Below are positions 25,681 through 44,759 of a stretch of 64,000 nucleotides of DNA, piece by piece. The notes under the pieces were generated by a model, which was given only the letters and a program-made list of their open reading frames with translations, made no database searches and was not told the origin of the DNA. Made by a program: the position numbers and the translations under genes. This DNA comes from the human T2T-CHM13v2.0 reference genome, Homo sapiens, in assembly GCF_009914755.1 (NCBI RefSeq), contig NC_060925.1; one strand, given 5' to 3'. Each line of letters opens with the position of its first letter. Position 1 is the stretch's first letter.

Positions 25681-28379
25681 CACATCACTTTGCCGAATTT
25701 TGAGTTTATGTGTGTATCACACTCAGTGACAAGAAGGAGAGTAACTTGGGACATGTTATTCTGTTTTCTGTCTTTTAAAATATGAATATGACCCTGGTAA
25801 ATTTATATAATCAAGTAGGAAGGTGCCCTGGCTGCTAATAATGTTATCTGTTCCACTGTTTTATGTTGCACTCTGGAAAGTACAGTCACAGAAGCATAGG
25901 AAAACCTGAGCAGTTTCTGCTGCAGAAATACTGAAAGGGTATGTCCTCAGGGTTGTCATTTATATCATAACATGCAAAAGGAAGAGTCCATGAATAAGTA
26001 ACTTTATTTCTTCTAATAGGGATTATAAGGATTATACTTAGAGATTACCTCTTAGACATCCTTCATAGATTTAAAAGTTCATTTTGCTGCTTGCTCTAGA
26101 GAAGTACCTGAATACCTAATATTAAATATGTTAGAAAAACAGAAATTTTGTTCTTAGATGACATTTTTACTCAGTATTCATTACTTTTCTTTAGAACTTT
26201 ATTTTTTCTTGATTATATTTTTCACTACCTGCATATAGTACATTTATCATTCTGATTACAGAATTTATCTTAAAGACTTGTATTATATTTTGCATTATAA
26301 ATATTGAGGCTTTTATTCTCAAAATGTGTTATGGGAAAGAGAAACCAATTGTGCATAATTATTTGGCAAATGGTTCAGAAAGTCAACTTTAATGATATTT
26401 GGCTTTAAGTATGTATTGCTAATTACATAAAAGCAATACAAAAGAGGAGACAAAAATGATAAGATTTGGTTTCTACTTTCAAGGGAACCAATAATGTAGC
26501 TACATGTGGTCACAATGAATAATACAAGGAAAAGAATTTGAGGGGAGAGGGAATTTTGAGGTTTGGTTTGGGACCTTTTAAATCCCACCACTTGGGCCTT
26601 GGTGCAGGAAAGCAAGTTTAGTAGAATTATCTGATATTAGATGTCATTTCAGTGTTACTCATCTAACAAATAAAACTAATAAGCAGAAGTAGACAGGTTG
26701 AAGTGCAACCAGAGCCTGTTTTTATGAAAGCTGAGGGAGAGACTAGCAAAGTCTATGTAATGTAAAGATCAGAAAAACATAACATTGTCTACTGGAATTG
26801 GCAATTAAGGTATCAGTCTTTGAGAAGCATGTTAGTCTTCTTAAAGTGTTTTGGATCGAAAGGTAGAGATAAAAGCCAAATTTGAAAAGAGGATAATAAT
26901 AAATAGGAGAACAGGCATCCACTGCAACAGGAGTTTCAACCTATGCTGTATTCAGTAACTATGAATTTGTCCCTAATGACTAATATGATCATTACATCTC
27001 TGATGCCACCTGAGACCTAGGCTTCCACTAACATAAGCAAATTTATACTAGCGTCTTATTTGGAATATTGACACTAATATTCCGAACACAATTCAGATCA
27101 CTGTCCCCCTCAGTCACATTCAAAATGTGAGGCTCTTCATTCTCCCATGCACTTATCCCTACACCACTATGTGTTCCCCTCTCTGAGACCCAGTCTTTCA
27201 TTCCTCCCCTCTCTACCAAACTTCTCCACATACCATTTGGCATTCTACATCTCCTGTCAGGGGGGAATGTCTTCAGTTTCCTTATCCCTCATTCCTTCAA
27301 ATCTATCTTTACCTATACTCTTTACCCTTAAAAGATAAAGGAAATATCTCTTGCTGTCAGTAGGCCAGTCTCAACCTGGATGCTCTAAGCTCATTCTCAT
27401 TTCTTTAAGAAATTCCTTCAGTTATCCCCCTTCTCTACTGTATCTTCAGCTCTCCAAATTGAATCTTTCAATGTTAGCATCTTCCCATTGAAAAAGGTAA
27501 AAAGATTTTTTCTCTAAGTCCCATCCTCTTTTACTTTCCTTCATAGTTTATAAGTATGTGTCTACAAAAGAGTAGTCTAGCTGTGAAGTTTCTTCCTCAC
27601 TGCATATTCTCCTGATCTCACTGTAATCAAGCTACTTCTTATACCACTCTACTGCAGTTGCTCTCACTAGTCACTCCTACTTGCTAAACCCAGTGGTCAT
27701 TTTCTAGCCTTTTATTTACTTTTCCTCTGACCATTTGAAATTACCAACCATTCACTCCTTGAAGTTCTCTTCCTTGTAGTCCATGATACTATTCTCTGTC
27801 GGTTTTCTTCAACTCTGTGCACCTCCTTTTCCGTCTCTCTTTAAAAGGCCTTTCTCTCATTAGCTTTTAATGGTTAATATTCACCAAGATTCTATCCTTA
27901 GCCTTCCTTGTAATATATAAACATGTTCAAGTAAGCATGATCTTCAGAACAAAACTTCTTTTATCTTGTGTTCCTCTTTAAGTTATGACCGTATCTGTCA
28001 ACATGTCTTTATGGCTCTACAGGATGCTTAGACAGTTTCTTTTCTAGAATATAAAGACAGATCGAGATTTCAGAAACCTCTTCCTGGAGCGCCTTCCCTA
28101 AACTTTATCAGTTTTTTAGTTTGCCTTCTCTGCTCAAATCCTTCTGGATTATTTAGACAGTATTATTTTATACTTCCTTGCTCACTCACTTTTCCACTAC
28201 AGCACTTAATCACAATTTGCCTTCTCTGCACAAATCTTTCTGGATTATTGAGACAATATTATTTTATACTCCCTTGCTCACTCATAATACTTTTCTACTA
28301 CAGCACTTAACTACAGTTTGCATTGTGATTCTATCCCCACAAATGAGTGTGATTTTCCTGTGATGAGGAGAAAAAAAAA

Positions 28380-28692
28380 TTTTTTTTCTTTCTTTTTTTT
28401 TTTTTTTTTTTGAGACAGAGTCTCGCTCTGTCCCCCAGGCTGGAGTGCAGTGGCAGGATCTTGGCTCACTGCAAGCTCCGCCTCCCGGGTTCACGCCATT
28501 CTCCTGCCTCAGCCTCCCTCCTGAGTAGCTGGGACTACAGCGCCTGCCAACACGCCCGGCTAATTTTTTGTATTTTTAGTAGAGACGGGGTTTCACCATT
28601 TTAGTCAGAATGGTCTTGATCTGACCTCGTGATCCGCCCGTCTCGGCCTCCCAAAGTGCTGGGATTACAGGCGTGAGCCACTGTGCCCGGCC
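28380..28692 (-). mobile_element. AluY-like
   Basis: gcaagctccgcctcccgggttcacgccattctcc diagnostic of AluY. Confidence 0.93.
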
Positions 28693-30250
28693 CAAATTTT
28701 TTTTTTTTAGTCTCTTTAATGGGAGAGAAATTGTCTTCATGTCTTACACATAGTATGTATTCAGTAAATGCTGGTTTAAGTTTTTGTTGGTTGTGCTGTT
28801 TTGTTAGCCATGGACAGAAGCCCAGTGCACCGAAATAACATGACAGATTGAAGGACCTCAATAAACAGTGATACTGTAGTAACAATAGTGGTGGACTGAT
28901 GAAGAAGTGACAATTGTGGTTCCTCCATTAGAAGGATAAAGAGGGATGTTGTTTCCAGACAGCTAGTTCTAGGAGTTTTAGAGCTAATGGAAGGAGTAGA
29001 GTGAGGGTAGTTACAGATGACATAAAACCGTAAACCTAAAAATGGCTTAAACAATAAGGATACATTTATGACATAATAGGAAGTGTATAAGCAGGGCAGT
29101 TTCAGGTAACCCGATATCAAGGACCCAGGTTCTTTGTTTTTTCTGTTCTGCTCTCTTTATATATTGGTGTGCCATCTTAAACTGGCTTATCTCAAGGTCT
29201 GAAGATGGTTGTTACCACTCCAGGCATCACTTGCAAATGAAAATGTCAGAAGGCAGAAAAGGGAACATTTCTTTTTAAGAGCCTGAGCCCCCTTTTAAGA
29301 CTGAAGAAAACCTCAAAAGTGTTCTCAGCTGACTTATCATGTCATACTGGCCAGTCATGACACATGCCCAACTCCCTATACCAGTCATGTGGCAAGGAGA
29401 GCACCATGATTATTGGGCCTGGGTCAAGCAGCAGCAGCAGCTGGGAACTTGTGATAAGTATACATGCTTAGGCCTCACTGCAGACCTACTAAATTATGAA
29501 AGAAACTCAGGGCAGTGCCTGAGAGGGCTGACCCACCAATCTATGTTTCAATTAGTAATTCAAGTAATTTTGATGTACATTGAGTTTGAGAACCACTGGC
29601 TTAGAGCAATAAAGATCCATCCCTTGGGGCTAGGGAAAGGCCTAGCCTCCTTTGAAGGATATGAGGCCAAGAAGAGGAGAAGAGAGAAGGGGGAAGAATG
29701 AATGTTAGATAGGCAACCAAACATGTTTACACAATTCTTCAGGGAGTATGATCTTTCTTACTTAGTGCCAGCTACTATTGCTGCCCTCCCTTCTTTTATT
29801 CTCTGTGTGGGCCTCAAGATGCCATACTGATCTACCTGCTTAATCTCTGAAGGAGCACACTGTATCTCAAAAATGTGACGCCTTAGTTGCTTCTGATTAT
29901 CACACCACTGTGGCTATGATTTGTTTGTTTGCTGTGAAGGGCTTTTAGTTTCTTTAGATTATAAAAATAGGAATACAAAACAAAAACACTTTAAAAACTG
30001 AAGATATTACTGGTAGTCATTTCAAAGTATTCAGATATGGTTTTTTTCTTTCATTTTCTGCCTTTCCTGATTTTTCTTCAGGACATTTATATTGATTTTG
30101 TACTAAGGGAAAAACTATGGAACTTAAAAGATGTTTTTAAATTAAAAGAGTTAATAACATTTCAGTAAACCTACATTTTGTTTTCCTTTTGTAATTTTAT
30201 TGTGCCCATCTAGTTGTAATAACATTTTGCCTTTTTGTTAGGTTTCCTAA

Positions 30251-30877
<627 letters not shown>

Positions 30878-32176
30878 TAAGGGATATTCAATAAATAGCA
30901 AATTTTTATTTAACATAAGACAAGTGTGTAATATTTTCTAGAAATAGCCTTTTATTCTCAAAATATACATTAATTCAAATATATTTAATGCCTTCCTGGG
31001 ATTACACCCCTACCACAGGCGATCCAGACATTAATAATCAAGAATCAAATGACAGGTTTATAGGTTAATATTCTGAATCTTAAAATGCCACCGTCCTAAC
31101 TGGAATGCTCACCCAAGTGATTCTGGACTGTGTAAGTAGCAGGGGCAAGACTAAAAGTTGCAATAAGCCTTGGATATGGGTACAGTCACTAGAAGGAACT
31201 GCTTTTGAGTTCCAGCTTTGCCAGTTACTCATCAGATATTCAAACTTGGTCTCAGTATAATCGTTTGTAAAACTTAGGTAACTGTACACAGCTGTTCCTT
31301 AAGATTATGTATAGAAAACTACTCTGTAACCAATAAAATGCTAAGTAGAAAAGCAAAAAAAAAAAAAAAAAGTTGCAATAAGCAAATCAGCTCCTTGCCA
31401 GTAGGCGGCAGATGGCCATGCTGTACCCACTGCTCTAGCCCATTCCTTTTTTCCCTCCCCATCTTCCTAGGAACCCATCTTCCATGGAACCTAAAGGAAT
31501 ATACCAGATATAGTGCTGAACTTAACAATTCAGGAAGTTAATTGTCTTCAGGCAGTTAGTCAGGGGACATAATAACTTGGGGCAGTTTTTCTGTATCTAT
31601 GGAAAGAGACTTTTGAAAAGTTAGTTGGCTCCGTAATAATTACTAGTCCTTTTAAGAAAAGAAATAAGAAAAACTCTTGGGCAGGAGTAATTTGAAGTGT
31701 GAAGTTCCACAAAAATCAACATGTTCAAAATTTGACTTTTTTTTTTTTTTTGCACCGGAAGTGAAACTTGAAAAGACAGCCACTCAGAAGGGTGGGTTCA
31801 CATTTCAGTTCTGTGGACTTAAGCCAAGTAAGTTAAGCTGAGTTTCTGACCTTCATCTATTAAAAGGAGGGTAAGGAGAATAAGCTTACAATTATTGAGA
31901 CTAAATGTCCCAGCACCTAACATGTAGTAGAAGTACACTTTGGTTCTCTATTTCTCCCTTCCACACATATTTTTATATACAGAATCTCTTCAGTAATTCC
32001 TGACTTATTTTTTAACTATAACTGGGGTTTTTCAAATGAAATGTAAATAATAAATTGCAAATATTTATATGTATAAACATTTTATTTTGATTTTATTAGA
32101 TTACATGTTTTAAAATAGTTGAATAATACAGAAAAATATGATGCAGTCCTACTCTTCAAAAGAAATAACTGCATAT

Positions 32177-32502
32177 CAGCAGTCCACAACCCTTCTGATA
32201 CCAGGGACTGGTTTTGTGGAAGACAGTTTTTCCGCAGGCAGTGGGGAGGGCAGGGTGGTTTCAGAATGAAACTGTTCCACCTCAGATCATCAGGCATCAG
32301 ATTCTCATAAGGAGAGCGCAACCTAGATCCCTCACATGCTCAGATCATAGTAGGATTCGTGCTCTTATGAGACTAATGCCCAGCTACTGATCTGACAGGA
32401 AGTGGAGCTCACTTGCCTGCTGCTCACCTCCTGCTGTGCAGCCCAGTTCCTAACAGGCCACGGACTGGTATCCGTGTATAGCCTGGGAGTTGAGGGCCCT
32501 TG
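32177..32502. mobile_element. MER1-type hAT MITE with 8-bp TSD (CTGCATAT/CTGTATAT)
   Basis: aaactgttccacctcagatcatcaggcat core; TSD 32169-76 and 32503-10. Confidence 0.85.
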
Positions 32503-32935
32503 CTGTATATCAGATGTTGTAATTTACTCCAGATTTTTCCTAAACATATATTACTGTGTTTCACTAAATTTTGTTACATGCCTTCTATGTTTCAGTAAAA
32601 AGTATATTATTGCTATTGCTATTGCTGTTTCTTTCAGGTCAGTAGAAATAGTTGCATATATACCATTGTATGACTGTAATTTATTAGCTAGTCTCTTATT
32701 GACAAGAGTTGTTTCTGGTTTTTTTATACTGTTACAAAAATACTACAATGAAAACACTTGCATAGAGTACCTACTTTCATAATGGTTAAATCCACAAACA
32801 GTATGTGAAAGGGATCAGTGTACCCACATTTGAACACTTAACTGTTGTCATTATTTTTTAATCTCTTTCAGTAGAATCATGAAAGATTCTTTGAATTTAC
32901 ATTTTTGGGCAGAAGCTCATCTTTGCATGTGCTGA

Positions 32936-33120
32936 TTATATATATATATACACCTATATATTGTATAATATAGTATATATAATATATAATGTTAGTATAT
33001 AGTATAGTATGTAATATATATATACCTATATACATATATATACCTATATATGTATGCATATAATTATATGTATGTATATATAATATATATGTATGTGTGT
33101 GTATATATGTATAATTATAC
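32936..33120. repeat. (TA)n-rich low-complexity repeat
   Basis: Degenerate TA/TG dinucleotide array. Confidence 0.9.
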
Positions 33121-33199
33121 AATTACATCATAGCCCTTTTGTCCACTTAGTTACTGTCTTTTTAACTATTGATTGTGATCACTATTCATTCAACAAATA

Positions 33200-33510
33200 T
33201 TTATTTATTTATTTGTTGTATTTATTTTGAGATGGAGTTTCACTTTTGTCACCCAGGCTGGAGTGCAATGGCACAATCTAGGCTCACTGTAACCTCCACC
33301 TCCCAGATTCAAGCAATTCTCCTGCCTCAGCCTCCCAAGTAGCTGGGATTACAAGCTCCTGCCGCCATGCTCTGCTAATTTTTGTATTTTTAGTAGAGGC
33401 AGGGTTTCACCATGTTGGTAATGCTGGTCTCGAACTCCTGACCTCAGGTGATCCGCCTGCCTTGGCCTCCCAAAGTGCTGGGATTATAGGCATGAACCAC
33501 TGTGCCTGGC
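33200..33510 (-). mobile_element. AluS-like
   Basis: Reverse Alu; TCA(A/G)CAAATATTTATT flanking duplication. Confidence 0.92.
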
Positions 33511-34774
33511 CCTCAGCAAATATTTATTGAGCACCTACTATGGATAGAAACTGTTCTAAGAACTTGGGGTTCATATTAGAGGAGTTGATAATGTATTATT
33601 TATATACAGTGCATGCATTTTTTCTTCTTTTTTTTCTTTGTCTTTTTTTTTTTTGGTTGGGGGACATTTCTGGCACACTAAAGTTTTGAATTTTAATGTA
33701 GTCAAATTTATCCATGTCTTCATAGGTTTATGTTTTGTGTTAGGATTAGAAGGGCCTTTTCCAACCTAAAATATTTATCTGTGGTTTTTTCCTAACATTT
33801 TCTTGGTTAAGAAACATTATTTTTTACATTTAAATTTTTTATCCAAATATTTGATCCAACATAAGAAGGACTTAGGCATCCAGCTTTATTTATTGGTTTG
33901 TTGAGATGTGTCTTGGAAGTGTGGAGCAAGTACTAGACTAAGAGAAAGACCGCCCATTACTAGTTCTAACTGGACCAATTAGTTTCTGAACTTGTGAAAA
34001 TAATTATTCTGTGCTTTGTCTTTTTGGTCTATATAATGAGGAATTAGTAGATGTTTCCTAAACTTACTTCCACACATAGGATTCTTTAATTTGAAATTGT
34101 TGAGGGCAGAACTCACAGTTGAAACCATGTTAGTAATAGCAATATCACATTGGACAGAGAATCCCTAGCATTTCAAAGCTTAAAAATTTGGAAAAACTCT
34201 AAGCTACAGAATTAATAGTATTTTAATGCCTTTAAGTGTAATGTGTATTTATAACAGACAAAACAAGTCAAAATGTGATTCAAGTCATCAGGTATGGTAT
34301 TTTTATTGTGCACCCACTGCATGGCCAGCGCAATTACAGAACCGGGTAGGATAAAACTGCTTTAAGGAATTTTTATTTTCACTGGAAAAACAAAATAGAA
34401 GATATACTCACAGGAAACATTTACTCATTTAAGATGATTTTGCACCAAAATCTGGAAGATAGCAAGAGTCACAATACTTGAGAAGTTCCTGCATGTTAGT
34501 GTTAACTTTTGATCAAGTTATTTAGCATTCAAAAATAACATAATAGGCTCAGTTGGCATAGAGATGTGTTTCATGTGGCCTATACAATATTTTTGGGTAA
34601 AAATGAATTCTTTGTCATTATCTTTAAAAATCGACATAAAAACCCATATTCTGGCTTCTCTTGAAAGTAAGTTTTTTTTCTTTTGGCAGCACTAAGTCAA
34701 TACGTGTCTACACCACTTGTCAGGGCACACTCTGTTCAGTCACCACACCCTAACAACTCTCTATTACATCACTG

Positions 34775-36268
<1,494 letters not shown>

Positions 36269-36951
36269 TCACCGTGGTGGTTTTATTTATTTTATTTGCT
36301 TGTCCCTCATAGACATTTTAATGTTGTAATCCAATCCCTGCTGTTTTACAGAAGTGGTGAAACTAAGACCTAGAAAGACCACCATTTATTGGCAGAGTAT
36401 AGGCTAGAACCCAGACTTTCTCACCCCCAATCCAAGGCTCTTTTCTCTTTCTTCTATTGGAAGAAATTGTGGAGGAAATCAACAAGTTACTGTTTCCTTT
36501 TTTTTTTTTTTTTGAGCAGTAATACTTCTCAGCTATTAAAACATAGTGTAAAAGAAGCTACCCTGTCCACTTCTACTTATTTCTGCTGTTTTTGTAAATA
36601 TATATATTTTATTCAACAGCAAAAAGAGACAAGTGAATATAATTAATATAATATAATACATTACAATACAATACAATATTAATTGAGATAGATCTGTACT
36701 CTCGTGAGTTGTTCTGAGATTATGGACCTGAAACTTTCTAATGCTGGTGTCTTTAAAAAGAAAAGAAAGAAAAGCCTCTGTAACAAAATACTCAGGATAC
36801 AGGTTTTTTTACTCTAAAGTCTCATATTTAAATAGTAATGATGGAATAAGAAAATTAATTCACCCCATTTGCTTAATTGTTATATCATGGAAAGCAGCAT
36901 CCCAGTGTAAGGGCATTAACTCTTGTGTATCCAGTTATGTTGATCATATAA

Positions 36952-37278
<327 letters not shown>

Positions 37279-37708
37279 TAAACATGAGTAATTTAGTGTA
37301 GGTGCTAAAAGGATAAACTTGGGGTAGCTATATATTTATACTTTTAAAAAGAAATTATTTAAAATATATCTTGAAATTGATGTCTGTTTAAAACACCTAC
37401 CATGATGTCCAACATGATGTAGGTGGCATTTGTGTTAGTTTCACTCCAGAAAATCTACTGCCTTGCTAATTAAAAAAAAAATCATCTATGCATTTCCTTC
37501 ATAAAATATACTTCACATCCTTTTTCTAGTAAAAAACAAGTTAGCTTATTTGATAAGCCTTTTACTTAGACATTTTTCATTCTGAAAGTACTTTGAACCC
37601 CAAATGAAAGCCTCAGAGACTGTATTATGAATATTTTTTTATATAGGTATGTTATACTGATTTATTTTCCCTTAATTCCTGGTATTTCTGCCTATGTTAT
37701 TGCAATAG

Positions 37709-37879
<171 letters not shown>

Positions 37880-38120
37880 TAGCTACTACTAACTGAGAAA
37901 GTGGCTCCTAAATTTTAGAAATGCCGTCAGTGCATTTTTAAGGTATTTCGAGATGTTCATTATACCAAATTGCATTATGGCTCTTAAGTGTAAGTTTAAT
38001 ACATTTTCATTTTTCTCTTTTCTATATGAAATGTAGTTATTAGCTACAATAACACAAAAATCTAAGGAGTATACATAATCACTGTTTTTTGCTAAAATTT
38101 TCCTTATACTTTGTTTCTAG

Positions 38121-38267
<147 letters not shown>

Positions 38268-38505
38268 TGATTTTTGTTTTAAAACAAATGACTGAAGACT
38301 TAATATCTTTTGTAATAATACATTTTAAAGGTAGTATTAATAGTTTAATCATTTTTTAATTAGGTATTCATTTGTTTTTCTTTAGTTCATATGTGGTGAG
38401 TATATAATTAATATCGTGTAAGTTTAAGAGTAAAGTATTTCTCTTTACCTTTGGGTAGCAACTAATTATTCTAAGATCATTTTGGTAACTTTTAAGTTAC
38501 TAACT

Positions 38506-39053
38506 GTATTAGTTTGTTCTCACAGTGCTATAAAGAAATACCTGAGACTGAGTAGTTTATAAAGAAGAGAGGTTTAATCGGCTCATGGTTCCACAGGTTG
38601 TAGAGGAAGCACAGTGGCTACTGCCCTGCTTCTGAGGATGCCTTGGGAAACTTACAATCATGGCAGAAGGGGAAGCAAACACGTCCTTCTTCACATGGCA
38701 GCAGGAAGAAGTGATGAGCATAAGGGGGGAAGCTCCTTATAAAACCATCAGATCTCGTGAGAACTCATTCACTATCACAAGAACAGTATAGGGGAAATCG
38801 CCCCCATGATTCAATTATCTCTACCTGGTCCCACCCTTGAACATGTGGGGATTATGGGAACTACAATTCAAGATGAGATTTGGGTGGGGACACAGCCAAA
38901 CCATATCAACAATCTTGGCAGAAGGGGGAATATGGTGCTAAACTATTAGAAACTGCCCCCATGATCCAGTCACCTCCCAGAAGGTCCCACCTTCAACATT
39001 GGGGATTACAGTGAACATAAGATTGGTGTGGAGACACAAATCCAACCCATATC
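38506..39053 (-). mobile_element. Composite MaLR LTR (MST-like with THE1-like insert)
   Basis: tgtattagt...ccatatca ends; second ccatatca terminus at 38908. Confidence 0.8.
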
Positions 39054-40236
39054 ACTAACTTTAGAAATTTGCATTCCTGTCAGGTCCTTTGACTTGGTCC
39101 TCTGTTTTCCCCATTAATTGGTAGATAGATCTCATCAGTCTTGATAAAAAATGAGTTTTTTAGTAATGGAAATCTCACATCAAAGACACAAGCTAAAACA
39201 TCTTGCTATATAACAAAATACTAGCAACCAAAGTCAGCAGCAAAATAGAAGGATTACATACTATAACCAAGTGATATTCATCCCTGGCATACAAAGATAG
39301 TACAACATATGACAACCAATCAATGTAATACATCACATTAGTAGAATGAAGTGACAAAAACCACATAATCATCTTACTGATGCAGAAAAAGCATTTCACA
39401 AATTTCAACATTCCTTCATGATGAAAAATAAAACCACTAAACCTGAAATGAACTTCCTCAACATGATAAAGTCCAGAGATTTAAAAAACAAAGATGTTTA
39501 AACCCCATAGCTAATGTCATAATGGTGAGTGATTGTAAGATTTTCCCCTAAAATCAAGAAAAAGACAAGGATGCCCAGTTTTTCCACTTTAATTCCACAT
39601 AGTATTGGAAGTTGTAGTAATAAGGCAAGAAAATGAAATAATGAAAGACATTGCAATTGGAAAGAAAGAAGTAAAATTATCCTCAGATGCCATGATCTTG
39701 TATTTAGAAAACCCTAAAGTTAACAAATGAATTCAGCAAAGTTACAGGGTATAAAACCAACACATAAAAATCAGTTGTATTTCTATATACTAGCAATGAA
39801 CAATCCAAAAAAAGAAATTAAGAAAACATTTCCATTTACAAGATCATCAAAAAATAAAAGACAGGAGTAAATTTAAGAAGCTGTAAGACTTATACACTGA
39901 GAACTACAAAACATTGCTAAAAGAAATTAAGTCATGAATAAATAGAAACACATCTGTGTTTACAGATTGGAAGACTTAATATTGTTAAGATGACAATACT
40001 ATCCAAAGCAGCCAATCTACAGATTGAATGCAGTCCCTTTCAAAATCCCAATGGCATGTTTTACAGAGATAGAAAAACCCATTCTAAAATTCCTAAGAAA
40101 TTTCAAGTGACCCCAAATAGCCAAAACAATCTTTAAAAAAAGAACAAACCTGGAGGACTCTTCAGTAACTCTTTCAGTTACTACAAAGCTGCAGTAATCA
40201 AAACAGTGTGGCACTGGCAAAAGAATAAACATATAG

Positions 40237-40593
<357 letters not shown>

Positions 40594-41052
40594 GATGTCT
40601 GTTGACTTTTGATAAGGGTGCCAAGATGATTCACTGGGGAAAGGACAATCTTCAACAAATGGTATTGGGAAAACTGCATATCCACATACAAAAGAATGAA
40701 GTTGGACCATTATCTTACACCAAATACAAGAATTAGTTCAAAGTGGATCAGTGACTAAATTTAAGAGCTAAAACTAGAAAACACCAAAAACACAGGCAGC
40801 AAAAGAAAAAATAAATTGAACTTCATCAAACTTAAACATTTTGTATATTAAAGGATACTATCAAGACAGTTAAAAGATAATCTACACAATGGGAGAAAAT
40901 ATTTGCAGACCATATGTCCGATAAGGGCCTAATATCCAGAATACTGAAAACTACAAATTCAGCAAAAGTACAAACCCAATTTAAAAATGGGCAAAGTACT
41001 TGAATAGACATTTTTCTAATGATATACAAATGAGTAATAAAAACATGAAAAG

Positions 41053-41356
<304 letters not shown>

Positions 41357-42571
41357 CATGAAAAATACTCAACATCATTAATAATCAGAGAAATGCAAAT
41401 CAAGATGACAGTGTAATAACTACTTCACATCTAGTTGGATAGCTAATATCAAAAAAGCAGAAAACAAGAGTTGGGGAAGATGTGGAGAAATTGGAACCCT
41501 AGTGTATTTCTGGTGGGAATGTAAAATGGTAAAATGGTGTAGCCCCTGTGGAAAACAATTTGGCAGTTCTCAAAAGGTTAAACGTAGAATTACCATACCA
41601 TCCAGCAATTCCATTTCTAGGTATATACCCAAAAGAATTGTAAACAGGTATTCAAACAGATATCTGTATACCAGTAGTCACAGTAGCATTATTCACAATA
41701 GCCAAGAGTTAAATGTATTCTTGTCTTTTATTTTTGATGCTATTGTGAACAAATGTTTTCTTAGTTTTCTTTTTTGAATTGTTCATTGCTAGTATATAGA
41801 AATACAACTGATTTTGATGAACAACCCAAATGTTCATCAGCAGATGGATAAGCAAAATGTGGTATATATAATGGAATATTATTCAGCCTTAGAAAAGAAT
41901 TAAATTTGATACATGCTACACCATGGATAAATCTCGAAAAGATTATACTAAGTAAAATAAGCCAGACAAACAAGGACAAGTATTGTATGATTCCATTATA
42001 TGAGATATCTACAGCAGGAAAATTTATAGAGACAGAAAGTGGAATAGAAGTTGCCAGGGGCTAGGGAGAGACATGGCAATGGGGAGTTACTACCTAATTG
42101 GTACAAGTTCTATTTGGGATGATGAAAAAGTTCTTGAAATAGATAGAGGTGATAGTTACACAACATTGCGAATGTACTTAATGCCACCAAATTGTACATC
42201 TAAAAATGGTTAAAAAGGTCAAATTTATGTTATATTTTACCACAATAAAAATTTCCTACTAAAAATTCTCATTTTACTTCAATGAGGAAAGATTTTAAAA
42301 ATAGGATGGTAACTTATTTAACTAAAATTATTGAATAGGTTATTTCCTTTGTTTTACCTGTAAAAGCTAAGTATTTTTATTATTTTTTTTTAATTTTCAG
42401 TCATAGCTGCTATGCCAGATGAGCATTTTTAAATAGTTGTCAATTGGTATATCAAAAATCTGAAGGCCTTTTATCAGTCTTTTTAATGTAAGATAAGTAA
42501 ATATGATTTAGAAATTTAGTCTACTTATAATTTCTGTTATGCTTTTAATGATTGTTTTGTTTTCTCTGTAG

Positions 42572-42718
<147 letters not shown>

Positions 42719-43384
42719 TAAAAACATGTTTACTGTAGAGCAAAACTATAAGATTAATAATGATTAAGAATTATGTTTTCACTTTTTTCTGTCATTTCAG
42801 CTTGTCACATTTTTAATTTTATATTTAAAGATAATTGTGTAAAGCCAGAGTGTTAAGTGTGTTGAAAAAGTATGTCTAAAGAACAAGCAGAGTAGAAATT
42901 TTAATTTTTACAACAAAAGATTAAATATTAATGGATTTTTTAGGAAGTAGATAATGCTTAGATAAAATGAAAAAAAGACAAATTTTTTAAAAATTTATTT
43001 TAAAAATAATGCTTAAATTATTTAACGATTTGAAGCTTAAAAGATCTGGGAACTAATAGGAGTGTCTAGAGACTTTAGTTCTATCCTGTCAGTGAATAAC
43101 AAACAGATGAATAGTAGGCAAACTTTTTAGCTTCTTTACTGGGGCTTTATTTCTTATCTAATGAAATGAGAAGAATATTTACTGTATTTGCTTCAAAGGA
43201 TAGTCATGATAGCCAGTTTTTTTGTGAAAGTACTTTGAAAGCTGTACTACTGTTAATGTATAGTTCTAAAACACACTAATAAAAAGTTAAGAAATAAACA
43301 TCAGTGTTTCTTTTAAACATGAAGTTGGATAAAATTCAAAATATTGTATTTCCCCCCAAATTTGCTGAAAATTACTGCCATTGA

Positions 43385-43525
<141 letters not shown>

Positions 43526-43769
43526 TAAGTTTACTTAGTTAAGTTTACATAACGTGTAGAATGATTTTATATTGATGTCATGTATGGTATTAATCTGTGA
43601 GAACAAAATTTTTTTTGTCTTAATTTTTGCATGACAAGTACAAAACCGAAAATATATATGCAGGCTTTGGGAAGGCTGTATATATTGGTGCTAAACAAAA
43701 TGATACTGTAAAAACTAGTATTTTTAAGGATTTATTTACTTATTTATTCATGCTTTTGTTCCGAATTAG

Positions 43770-43961
<192 letters not shown>

Positions 43962-43964
43962 TAA

Positions 43965-44357
<393 letters not shown>

Positions 44358-44759
44358 TAAAATAAGAAAAAGTATTGATTACACACATAAAATTTATTTT
44401 AACCAGTTTCCATTGCTAAACATTACTAAGAATATCCTTTGCAAACAGTATTTTTGGTAATAATCAGAATATTTGTTTTACCTTAGCTGTAAGTTTTTTT
44501 TAATAATTCAGTGTGCTCCTTGAAAAATTGAAAGTATTAGTGAGTTTTGCAAAAGGATTACATAAAATTAAAGCTATAATCTATGCTCTATGTTTTATGG
44601 ACATATCTGTGTTCTAATCAGTATCCTCCAGTTGAGCTTTCTGAAATGACATAAATCTTCACTCTCCAATGTGGGTTGCCACTAATCACATGGGACTTTT
44701 GAGCACTTAAAATATGGCTAGTGTGACTAGAAGTAGAAATAGAACTTGTTGATGAAGAG

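Noticed and set aside
29339-29701. 120-aa ORF with a QQQQQ stretch
   Set aside because: Runs through degenerate MER5/LTR-like sequence; no coding support.
31755-31764. Perfect ETS/GABP motif CCGGAAGTGA after a poly(T) run in a RO60 intron
   Set aside because: Single isolated motif with no CpG or promoter context.
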